This document shows, one piece after another, positions 12,501 through 23,297 of a stretch of 64,000 nt of DNA (the first letter of the stretch is position 1; each line of letters begins with the position of its first letter). The DNA is taken from contig NKIB01012814.1 in the NCBI GenBank assembly GCA_002256025.1, forward strand, positions 1 through 64,000. The letters run 5' to 3'. Source of the stretch: Asterionella formosa. Taxonomy: Eukaryota. The notes under the pieces were generated by a model that did no database searches, was not told where the DNA came from, and worked only from the letters and a program-made list of their open reading frames with translations. A program made the translations under genes and the position numbers.

Positions 12501-14000
12501 ACTGATTTTAACTTTTTGTTGTCAATACTAGTGCAAAAAAAATTATTATTGAACGATAATCTCGTCTATGTTAGCCTACATACACATGCGAAATAGGAAT
12601 TGTTCATTGTCAATATTGGTGAAGATATTCAAATCCATAATTTCGTCATGGTCAAGTTGGAATTGCTGTCTCATTGACTCCATACCACAGGCTGCTGTAC
12701 AAACACACATGGAGGTACTGCCTGATGGTATCTGGTACCAAGCATGTATACATAATATTTAACGCTATACATACAGAATGTAAAAAGTATATACGAGGTT
12801 TGTTGTATGTATGATGTGTTCCATGTCGAAAAGCTAAGTACATCTGATACATTATGCATCCGATTTCTTGACAAAATGTACAGTAGTACAAATATATATA
12901 TTTATTTTTCGATTTTCAATATACTAAGTAAAAAGAGTCATTGAAAATTTAGTTTGGAAAAGTTTCTATCATTGATAAAACTTATTATTGATTTGCTACA
13001 AATTTAGTCCAAGAAGTAATCCCGAGATCCCCTGACTAACTCATTATGCATTTTCCAACACTTTTATGCAAAAAGTGTAATGGACCACACTTATGCCCCA
13101 GTTCCCAGCCAGGTGTCCCTTCGTCTCCTGATCTTCCTTGTCATCGAATGCCGGCGCTTCATCAGGGCGACTGCTGTCCCCTGCCCCCACCACCAACCTT
13201 GTCTCTTTTCTGGGTTCCTCATTGTCGGCTATCCACCTCTTTACGAAGGCTATCTCCGGGCTTCTTGAACGCTTCGACCTGCTTGACTGTCGCTCTGCCC
13301 CTACGCCCTATCACTCTGGTCTTATATATGATTGTATCGCCCCCACGGGGGATGCCTCCCTCTGCCTGTGCTGCCGTCATCACCCAATATCAATCCCTCA
13401 TTGATGCCTTGAACTGGCTGGCCATCAGTACTACCCGCCCGGACATCATCTCCATGTCTGTCACTCTCCTTGCACAATATGATTCCACAGCTAGCTACTC
13501 CTGCCCACCTCCCATTGGGTGCTAAGCTAGCTACTTGTCCGGCTCTATGGATCTTGGCTTAGCATTCACCTCCCAATCGGCCTCCTCTTACCTCTCTACC
13601 ACCTTTGGGTGGCCGAACGATAACCCCCTCCTTGCCACCTACACTGACGCCAACTGGGGCCCCCAAGACGCCTCCACACCCCTCGCTACCGATCTCATCT
13701 CCCTCCTAGAATGCTGCTCGCTCCTTGGATGCATCAGCACCTTTATTGGCGGCCCCATTGCCTGGCACGTTATCTGGGAACCTTGGGTAAGCTGTCGGTG
13801 GATGAAGGCACCAAAATCACTCTATTTCTCTGCCTTCTCCTCGCAGACCTCCATATGCCCGATTGCCCATCCCACTCCCCCTCTGGAATGATTACCGCGG
13901 GGACGTTGACTGGACCCACCACTGCGCTACAAAGAAGATGCGTCACATAAACATCTGTTACATGGCTGTGCTCAATGCTCATCATCATTCTGAAATCCTG
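9540..14000 (+). mobile_element. Decayed Ty1/Copia retrotransposon pol (protease-integrase-RT-RNase H), interrupted by a MULE insertion
   Basis: In Copia order across frameshifts: DSGACGHMF protease, DIGYGDGVSPGGYRYCLMLVD and YWFWAV..A integrase, VKRDELG..KARIVVSG..YA|PV RT, YTDANWG RNase H. C-rich strand. No LTRs recognised. Confidence 0.88.
12148..13086 (+). mobile_element. Non-autonomous MULE (939 bp), deletion derivative of the 59957->64000 element
   Basis: Left arm matches 59957-60600 and right arm matches 63800-64000. Imperfect TIRs. Flanks ACATGTATGC (12138-12147) and ACACTTATGC (13087-13096) form a 10-bp TSD with 2 mismatches. Removing the element rejoins Copia RT YA-PV. Confidence 0.85.
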
Positions 14001-14717
14001 CATCTACAATGCCGATAACTGGTACAGCCGCCACAAAAAAACGCAAGTCAAATATGATCACCTAATTTAATTTTTTGGGTGGCCCAATATGAAGAATTTA
14101 GCTACATACATAATTTAAGGGTATGACATCACATAAAAAAATATGATGCATCATTCGATATGTATGAACGGAGTGAACTAAAATAATTTTGACAACTTCC
14201 ATAATTATTTTAGAAACCCACATAATCTTTGGGGCCAACTGACAATATTTTCTCGCGACATGAAGAAAAATTTGTTCAGTAATAATCTCTATAATACGGT
14301 ACTTTTCTCTAGTACAATTTGCAACATTTCCGTTCACAAATATTCTTCACTCCGACTACCATTAATTCTGTTAGTCCCATTTTATCTTTACTTTGATCAC
14401 ATTAATACCTCAAGGTTAAACAAATAGATATGCTAGTCAAACAAATAATTATGTCTAACCAATCAACGTTTCAATTAAATTCTAGCTACAATCGCAAAAT
14501 CAATCAAATTAATTGCTTCGCTTTATATCTTATATTGATACTTTCTATAGAACGTGATTCTCAAACGAATATGACAAGCAATGGATGTTCATTCTTGCAG
14601 CTGGATGCTGTAACTAATCGCAAGATTGCTTGGCTACTCATACTTGCAGGAGTCCCTGTTGCTACTATCGGTAGATCAATTCATAGCAAATAAGCCGGCT
14701 CCTCATTCGCATTGCTC

Positions 14718-15400
14718 AGATTGATTGTCTATTGTAGAAAGAGGGCAACATTTGCAGAGTGAGTTGATGAGAAAAGAAAAGTTGCGAAGCCATGATTTCG
14801 GTTCTGTTGTGCTCCTTACCATGTTACCCAATGCCCAACCCAGCCCTCGTCAAATTGATTGTCTGCAATCAGTGAACAACGGTCGCAGAGTGAGTTCATG
14901 AACAAACAATTGTTACAAAGGCATCGTTTTCGTTGTGCTTCTTACCATTCTGCCTGATTCACAACAAATCTCTTGCTCAACAGATTGATTGTTTGTAGAC
15001 AAAGAACAGCGTTTGCAGAGTAAGTTCGTGATCAACAATTAACAAGCACACAATCAAGCCCTTCTTCTAGATCATTACAAATAAGCAATTCCTGCGCTAA
15101 CAATTCCGAACAAAGACAAAGGAGAATAGGAGAGGAGAGTAGATCCACCACAACAAGCAACAGCAAACAATATCAGCAGAAGGCAAGAAAACATGGCACT
15201 TGCTTACCATGTATATAAATGTCCCCTATGCACCAGAGGAATCCTTTCAAAAATGCGAAAAACAAATGATAGATAGCTTGCCTGACACAGGCAGGCAGAG
15301 CATGACGCATTTCATTATTCCCAAGGTTCAACCCTGCCCTTTAAAAAACAGATTGATTGTCTGTAGAAAAGGAACAAGGTTCGCAGAGTAAGTTCATTAC
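14718..15400. repeat. Degenerate ~130-bp tandem repeat (3 copies plus a displaced fourth)
   Basis: ATTGATTGT(C/T)T..GCAGAGT(G/A)AGTT recurs at about 14720, 14855, 14983 and 15352. Confidence 0.65.
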
Positions 15401-16099
15401 TGACCACTGTTCCAATTCCAAATGGCACAAGCAAGAGGAAGAACAAAATGGAGGTGAAAGAACTACAACAAGAATCAAACATAATTCCGAACACAAGACG
15501 AAAAAAACGACGGTGCAGAGCAACAACAAAAACAATGTGACGACAGAAGACCTGTTTCCATTTCCCAAAATATTAACTGCTTACCATATATTTCTCGAAC
15601 TTTCAGATGCATCCTTTCTGTGATCATGACAAGGAGAAACAAAAATGCCTGCCTGTTTCTTCCAGAGTAACCGGCCCATAACAGAGTCCTTGTCATCTGG
15701 AAGCGAAGAACAAGATTCACAGAGTCAGATGATGACTGGTTTTCAAGAAACAAGACCTTTTTACATTCCATATCAAACAATGCATGTTCAAGTTCAAACG
15801 CAGGGCGATGAACACCAAGGAAGAGAAGGGTCTACAGCCACAGTAACCACAACGAAACAGTAGAATAAGAACAAGAAAAATGATAGCAGAAACAACAGGG
15901 ACAGCGATAACGACAACGAGAACACAACCATGATAGCAGAAAAGATGACAAAACCAACAACAATAACAATAACAATATCAAAAATATTATTTTACCATGA
16001 ATGTGATATTATGTTCCTTTCATTCCAGCAGCTACTTTTCATTAAGAAAACTGGCGCGGATGATCCTCCTTGCCAACATTCATTTTGTACTAAATTTGT

Positions 16100-16770
16100 G
16101 TACATTGTACTTCAAAAAAGCTGGCGCAGTCTATGCTTAGTCAGTATTGACCTAATTTGTCATAAGGATGCGTCAAATTTTCGGTGCTTGCTGTGGACTG
16201 ATGACCAGTGCTGTAGCAACCTAAATTCCAATCCATCTTTCTCAACCAATTTGAGGCCAATTTCTATCTAATATTTTATTCGATGCACTCGAAATCAAAG
16301 AAGTCTTCTTGTCGAATGTCGATATGCTCAGAACGAACGTATATTGTCCAAAGGAGGCATCACGATGTGTAAATTTTAGGTGCCTGCTGTGGACTGATGA
16401 CCACTGCTTTAACAACCAAACTTCCAATCTATCTTTCTCTACCAATTCATTGTCAATTTCTATCTAGCATAGTATTCGATTTACACGAGATCAATGCCGT
16501 TATTTCGAATGTCGATATGCTCAGAACAAACATAAATTGATCAAATTGGTCATCAGGATGGTGTGTAAATTTTCGGTGCTTGTGGCTTGATCATTAGTGT
16601 ATTAGCAACAGAAATTCCAAACCATCTTTCTCCACCAATTTAAGGCCGATTTCTATCTAGCATAGTGTTCGATCATGTACACGAAATCAATGCCATCTGG
16701 TAGAATGATGATATGCTCAGAACGATCATGTATTGATAAATGGAGGCATCAGGATGTGTAGATGGCGATT
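16100..16770 (+). repeat. Tandem array B, ~196-bp unit, about 3.5 copies
   Basis: AAATTTT(C/A)GGTGC at about 16175, 16371, 16567; GATATGCTCAGAAC in each unit. Inverted larger copy at 55590-57245. Confidence 0.85.
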
Positions 16771-17119
16771 GTGACACTTCTCATTTTTGATTTACTACCA
16801 CAGGATGTGCTGGTATGCCGTGATGATATTTAGTACATCAGCAGGGGCGCACCAAAACTCAAAGCTATTATTCTCTTCCAAATTGCATCCATCTTCTAAA
16901 CTGCTAAGAGTTTTATTGGGCAAATCAGACGTCAGCAAATATTTTTGGAGTGCATTGACTGGTGGTGTTCAGAAAAGTGCGAAATATTGCGAAAAATAGA
17001 GGTTATGGAGTGGTTGAATTCAATGAAGCTGATAGTCCTCATCTCCTTGGCCCTTGCCTTTACAACCAATTTTTTATTGCTACAGTTATCAATATTGATG
17101 TAATCTAGCCGATCGGAAA

Positions 17120-17800
17120 AGGAGAATGCCATCGCGGCACATCTCAATTTTGACTCACTATGGCAACATACAATGAATGTTAAAATATGCAACAGCTGTT
17201 CCTTAACGAATTTACGAATTCAATTGTTGTCAGCTACTCATCCTTTGCTTCTTTTTCTATATTGTGCTTGCTTAAGTTATCGCTGTGCTTGCTTAAGTTA
17301 TCGCTGTGCTTGCTAAAGTTATCGCTTCAGACTATTGCTAGCTGCTCCAAACCGGAGAAGGACATTACGGCACATCTCAATTTCAACTCACTATGGCGAC
17401 ATGCTTTGAATGTTAAAATATGCAACAGCTGTTTCTAAACAATTTTACGAATTCAATCGATGACAGCTGCTCAACCTTCACTCCTTTTTCTATATTGTAC
17501 TTGTTAGAGTTAGCGCTTTAGTCTATTTGTAGCCTCTCCAAAAAGGAGACGGCCATTGCGGCACATCTCAATTTCGACTCACTACAGCGACATGCATAAA
17601 AAAATTAAAATTATGCAACAGTTGTTTCTTTAACGAATTAACGAATTAAATTGTTGTCAGCTACTCATACTTTCCTTCTTTTTCTATGTTGTGCTTGCCA
17701 AAGTTATCGCTGTGGACTATTTGTAGCTGCTCCGAAACGGAGAAGGCTATTGCAGCACATCTCAATTTTGACTCACTACAGCGACATGCATTGAATGTTA
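17120..17800 (+). repeat. Tandem array A, ~192-bp unit, about 3.5 copies; one unit has a 21-bp triplication
   Basis: GCACATCTCAATTT..ACTCACTA at about 17137, 17370, 17561, 17755. TGTGCTTGCTTAAGTTATCGC x3 at about 17263-17325. Inverted copy at 54590-55225. Confidence 0.85.
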
Positions 17801-18019
17801 ACGTTTTCCGACTAATTCTAGAAGTATGCTAAAATCGATCCCCTCTTTTGCCCTTTGGCACGATATTGATTAATTCATTAAGCTACATGAGAATTATATC
17901 ATTTCTTTACTTGAGCATAAATTAACTTAGATCTATCCATTTAAAAAGTGACAAAAACGGTCGAAGTGGTTCAAAGCCATTGATTAAAACTTTACCATAC
18001 ATGTAATTATTTTCATAGG

Positions 18020-19125
18020 CGACGGTTAGAAAATATCATATCGTTTGCATATTTTTTCGCAGTTGTTGCAGGCTGATGGTATTCTTGTTGGTTCCATCTC
18101 ATTGTATTTTTTCGCAGCAGTTGTTGCATCATTCTTACACTTTTGGTCCTCCCATAATCATGATATCTTGTTGTGTAATAGGAGCAACAACCAAAGGGTG
18201 CCGAGGAAGTGGCGCCGTTGCAGTAGTTGCAACTGGTACTGCAGAGTTGCCACACATCAAGGTGTCATGGAATCTGATAAGTAGTAGTTGTTTCATTGTT
18301 GGTAATGGAAGATTGCCTGCTCGCTTGTACCGCATTGCCATTGTTTTCGTTTGTGCTACTGTCCACTCATCTGGCTGTTCGTAAAGCGATCTGATTGCAT
18401 AAACCTGCTTGTTTGCAACTTTTTTCCAATTCTTTTGCTCACTCTGCACTTCTTCCGCATGCCTCTTCCTTTTTAGCTGGTCTTCGACCACTTCAGGACC
18501 CAACAAGTACCTGCTTCCTGCAGCGACATGAAGACCGACTGTGTTTCTTTTATTGCTTGCAATCGCCCTTAGTAGCTACTGTTTCTTTCCATTGACGGGC
18601 AAGTTTGTCCAGATCTATTCCGTTTCTAGCGTCCTCACCACGATTAGGATACTGTACGACCTGATCAACAAGGGTTGCAGTGATGCCTCGGCTCAAGTTT
18701 AGTCCGGATGGGGGAATGAAAGAGGGGGGTTGATTATTGTTTGTTTCTGTTTGCAGATTTGAGGTACTTGACAGTTGAATTTACGGATGGAGTAATACGT
18801 TTTCGTGCAATGGACCCCAACCTCTGCCTTTCAGCTACAGAGTTTTGGTTTGTAGCGATATGGGCAAAAGATTCATCCCATGCTTTCGACACCAGGTCAA
18901 CAATATCTTCCTTTTCAAGAGCAATTGCAGCATGGCGCCTTTCCTTTTGGGTGAGTAAGTCTCTCTTGCATTTTTTGTGAGTTGGATCATCTTTAAACTT
19001 GAATTCATAGTCAGGGTAGAAATTGATAAGCTATGTCCTGCCAACGACTGGGAATCATTTATTGTCATAGTAGCATGTAACTGCACTAGTGAATTAGTTG
19101 CACTCGTTATTCTTAACTTCCACAC
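18020..19125 (-). pseudogene. Decayed pogo/Tc1-mariner-like (DDE_1-type) transposase, C-terminal part
   Basis: Frameshifted fragments KEDIVDLVSKAWDESFA..TNQNSVAER, LNLSRGITATLVDQ, WTVAQTKTM..YKRAGNLPLP resemble C-termini of pogo-like transposases. Confidence 0.6.
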
Positions 19126-20516
19126 CAGTACGGAATCTAGAGGCGCTATCAGCTACTGCTAGCTACTTACCTGGTACTCCAATGTAACACCAGTACGATG
19201 AGAAACTAGTATGGAGGAGAAACGTCCAAGCAGTAGTTGCTAATATTATGTAGTATTCAATAGGTAGGGAGTGGTACCTGTACCCTTCCATTAATTAATC
19301 ATTAAGAACATGGACACACACCCAGCCGGTCGGTCGTGTTTTTCATTTCTGACGATCATGGTGCAATGCCTACCGGCATGACGATGTCGGAACCAACGCA
19401 TCGCAGAAGGTGACCGACCCTTATCAAAAGATAGCCAATGAAAGCATGGAACAAATTGAAGTTACATATATAATGGTAATTATCGTTTCCACTATACGAT
19501 CGTGCTGCTATTCAGTTGAGCCACCTTGACTGTTGCAAACACAGTTCTACAAATCGTTTGCGCGCAGGGACAAGGTCTACTTGGAACAATGTCCACGGGG
19601 TTTGAAATGAATAATAATCGACGATGTCCATTTATGAATTAATTAGAGCGGTCATATCGGTAGCGAACCGGCATCCGGACTCTGGACAACTCATACCAAT
19701 TAATTTTTGGTACAGTACTACCGGTAGCAATTGAAATACCGTAAGTAATGATCACCAATTAGTCAACCACCTACCGGTATGCATCCGCGAAAAAACTTCC
19801 TCACCTGTAATTAATCCCAGTTCTAACAGTGGCGGTACCAGGTACCTGGTACTGGCTGAAAGAGGCTTGCTTTAACTCGCTTGTTCAGTGAATCCTTCCC
19901 CAGGTACAGGTACCGGCGTACGATTCCCTGTACATCAGCTAACTGCACTGTAACTCATGACGGTTCCTTTCTCATCATTACTGATGCCAGGTAGTCTCCA
20001 TACTTGTGATGACCTCGTTCGGACTTATGTCCTTCGAGAGGATAAAGTGTCTCATTGGACGAACAGACGCCTTATGGTCGACACCATAAGTATTCGAGAT
20101 AAATGCTTGATGTTGCGAAGTAGGTACAAAATGTCGTATGGTCAGAAAGGATGGGAGGTACAAAATGTCGTCTTGTCAGAAAGGATGCAGCTTCGACTGA
20201 GAATGACCCCACAGGTGACAAAATTGTTTTTTCACGTCTTGGCGTTTTACCTCAACTACAAAAATATCATACCAATATTCAATGGAAAGGTGGACGGATA
20301 AGTAATAAAAGGTGGCCGAACGAGAATCCGTTCTTTCCAGAATTGTTGTCACGACATTCAAAGTGATTCATGATGAGCCATGCTGAACGCTCGGCAGCAC
20401 CACCATCAGCTACGACAGATAATTAAAAGATTTGGTTCGTTTCGGTCACAACATGATTGCAAGACCAGATATTGCCCACCACTGCTTGAGCCCTCGTCCG
20501 ATCGACAAGCGATTGG

Positions 20517-21917
20517 ATGAAAATGAATATCCCACATTTAACGAGACCATTAGGTGAATACTCTACTCGAAAAGAAGGTTGTAACGAAATGCTGGAAATC
20601 CCGTTATTGAAACGAATTCGTTTGGGCTTACCGGATGACGATGATGCTCCTGTGGAACCCAATTTTTCACTCAAATTTTTCTTGAAGAATCATAACGGAT
20701 GTATGGAACCGGAGAATTGCACGTTCCATGATAGCTCATCGACGTGTGAGAGTGAAGAGCATGAGCCGGGGGTGACCAAGGATCGAATTAATGTGCTTGT
20801 CGACTATGATTTTGACATGAGTGACATAGAACCCGACCCCATACGTGAAGAAGTGACAAGAAACACCCAAGAATTCCAAGGCCTCAAGAAGCGACCTCTA
20901 GACTCTATCGCGTTTGGTAATCGCGAGAGATTATCCATTCTGCTTCTCGCGGCTATCGATGACATCGAACAAATGGAAGGCGACCCATTTGCCCCTCGAC
21001 CAATTCTTGGACAAGATGCTTTACCTCGGGTCACTCCCCTTGAAGAATCTCAGGTGAAGTTCAGTCCTAACAATTGTTCCGGTTCATGCATTCTATCAAC
21101 AAATGCATTGAACTTTCAAGCGGAGAAACGCATAGAGCATGCTGTCGCTCAAATTCATCGGGAACCATCTCAGTGCTGGGTCAGCAACATGACCAAGGAA
21201 AGACATTGTGCAAGCGTCCCGATGAACTTCAAACGCAACCATGTCCAGAATCCTTCATTCGACAGAATCTATGAAGAAAGTAATTTGCAGTTCAGTCCGA
21301 ATCATCGTTCCGGTTCAAACATTGTATCAACACATACATTGAACATGGAAGAGGAGCGACTTATATATCACGCTGCCGCTCAAATGAGCTTGGACCCTTC
21401 GCAGTGCTGGAACAGCAACCCAATCAACAGCGAGAAACGGCATCGAGCTAGTGTGCCGATGAACTTCAAGCAAAACGATTTCCAGAATCCTTCGTTAGCA
21501 AGAAACGTCGAAGATACTGCAGCTGAGCTAAACGAAGCGAGCGTTAGTGACGAGGAACCAGCAGCCCATGTGGCGGCTCGACTGGAATCTAAGATGAGAC
21601 AATCCGTTGACACGATGTTAGCCCTTCAACAATGGGATCGTGATAATGGCCTACCAAAGTCTCACTGCCAAACCATGGTAAATACATCTAGGTCCAGAAA
21701 ACAGTTGCTAGAAGGCGTTGTGATCAAGAAGTGGGACGGGAAACCCCTCATGACATTTCAAGGGGCCGAAAAGCTAGTAAAACCCATAAAGCGGCGTTCA
21801 ACAAAAGCCAGAACAAGGCAAGAAAGCATTGACCTTGATCCCACCGTCACGGAATCGAGTGGAAACCATGAACGACAATTCCAATCTACGTCGAGACGCT
21901 CGTGTACGAGTGTATGA
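20517..21917 (+). CDS. Hypothetical protein (466 aa) with an internal ~77-aa duplication and a C-terminal LQQWDRDNGLPKSHCQTMVNTSRSRKQL motif
   Basis: Long uninterrupted ORF with gene-like composition. The C-terminal motif resembles a motif I recall from diatom hypothetical proteins; function unknown. Confidence 0.8.
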   Translation: MKMNIPHLTRPLGEYSTRKEGCNEMLEIPLLKRIRLGLPDDDDAPVEPNFSLKFFLKNHNGCMEPENCTFHDSSSTCESEEHEPGVTKDRINVLVDYDFDMSDIEPDPIREEVTRNTQEFQGLKKRPLDSIAFGNRERLSILLLAAIDDIEQMEGDPFAPRPILGQDALPRVTPLEESQVKFSPNNCSGSCILSTNALNFQAEKRIEHAVAQIHREPSQCWVSNMTKERHCASVPMNFKRNHVQNPSFDRIYEESNLQFSPNHRSGSNIVSTHTLNMEEERLIYHAAAQMSLDPSQCWNSNPINSEKRHRASVPMNFKQNDFQNPSLARNVEDTAAELNEASVSDEEPAAHVAARLESKMRQSVDTMLALQQWDRDNGLPKSHCQTMVNTSRSRKQLLEGVVIKKWDGKPLMTFQGAEKLVKPIKRRSTKARTRQESIDLDPTVTESSGNHERQFQSTSRRSCTSV

Positions 21918-22436
21918 AAGGCGATAACATTTGCAGCTATTGCTTCAAAACTAGGATTGCTTTTGAGAGCAGAATTATATGTGAATTTGACAGACATACC
22001 GTTTATTTGTGTGTATTTCTACCTGATATGGAACAATTTGATACCCAGGCCACATAAATTTGTTGGCCCTCTGATGAAAACTAATATCGGTATACGATTT
22101 ATATATATGACTATTTCCATTTCTCTTCTATATGATATGCACTATGTATTACCGAAATTTTGTTGTCTCCCTGTTCTTTATACTGGACCATGGCACCTAC
22201 CAGGTTGCGGGAAAAGATCGTGCCGTCTTCGGAATTTTAAAACTCGTTGGTTCCTCGTGTCGAGACTTCTCACTTAATAATTTCAGTACTTTGTTAAATT
22301 TTCATGCATCGAACCTTGGGCAAGAGACTTTAGACCTATAAACACGGTTATGTCTACATGGTACAGGTCAGCCGGAGCATTTTGCAAATTGAAGTTCCTG
22401 CTTGCAAATATCGACATCCAGCTGTGACAAACATGC

Positions 22437-23297
22437 TCATTCCATGGTAGCAGCCTCTTCAAGCTTCTTCCCTTTCAAGACCTTTCTCATTTCAGCCTGA
22501 GGAGACAAATAACCACGTTTGTTCCAATCAATATAATATTCCATGAGTCTTGGTGGTGGTCGGGCCTGTCGTGGAATGACGTCGAATTTGTGGGGTCGCA
22601 ACAGGGCCCGAAGGGCTAGCTTGTTGTAATGCACTGTTGTGATCTCGCCGCCCACTTCTTCAACAGCAGAAATTGCCTGTTCCGAAGCTCTACTCACTTT
22701 GATGGCTAATGGAGTTCTTAATCGCTCCTTTCCCTTGGCTAGTAACTTGATCCCATGTTTGATGGAGTTGATCTTGGTCATGCCAGCATCCACCATGGAC
22801 TTGAGAGTAATTTCCTTGGAAGGATCCAGTCGGCCCATGTCGACATAATCTTGCAAAGTGCCTAAATTAATCGGAAGCATCGGCATAGCATTTGGATTGG
22901 TAAATCCTCGCTTGGGCAAAGTTTTGAAATAAGGTGTTTGTCCTCCTTCAAAGGTGGGGCGCACACCGCCGCCACTTCGCGATTTCTGACCCTTGTGTCC
23001 GCGACCACAAGTTTTCCCCTTGGAGGATCCAACTCCTCTGCCAACTCTGCGCCCCTGTGAATAAAATATCCGTTAGAAAAGTGCTTCAACAGCAACACAC
23101 GGAAACGCCCCTTTCTGTACCCGACGTACCTTCTTCTTGGCGCCCGGATTGTCGGAAATATTATTAAGCGACAGCCTCGAAACGAACTGGATTTCACCTC
23201 CTGACGCTGCCCTTGCTTGATTCCAAAGGACGCATCCTATAGTAGCTGGTGGTCTTCCCACAGAGAGCCTCGAAAGGGCCGTCAGAAGGAAAGTCAT
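22437..23297 (-). CDS. rplO: Bacterial-type ribosomal protein L15 (uL15), probably mitochondrial. Exons 23297-23130 and 23054-22437
   Basis: After removing intron 23129-23055 (GTACGT..CACAG): [47 protein letters not shown]. N-terminus is rich in S/R/L, like a targeting peptide. Start codon choice uncertain. Confidence 0.92.
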
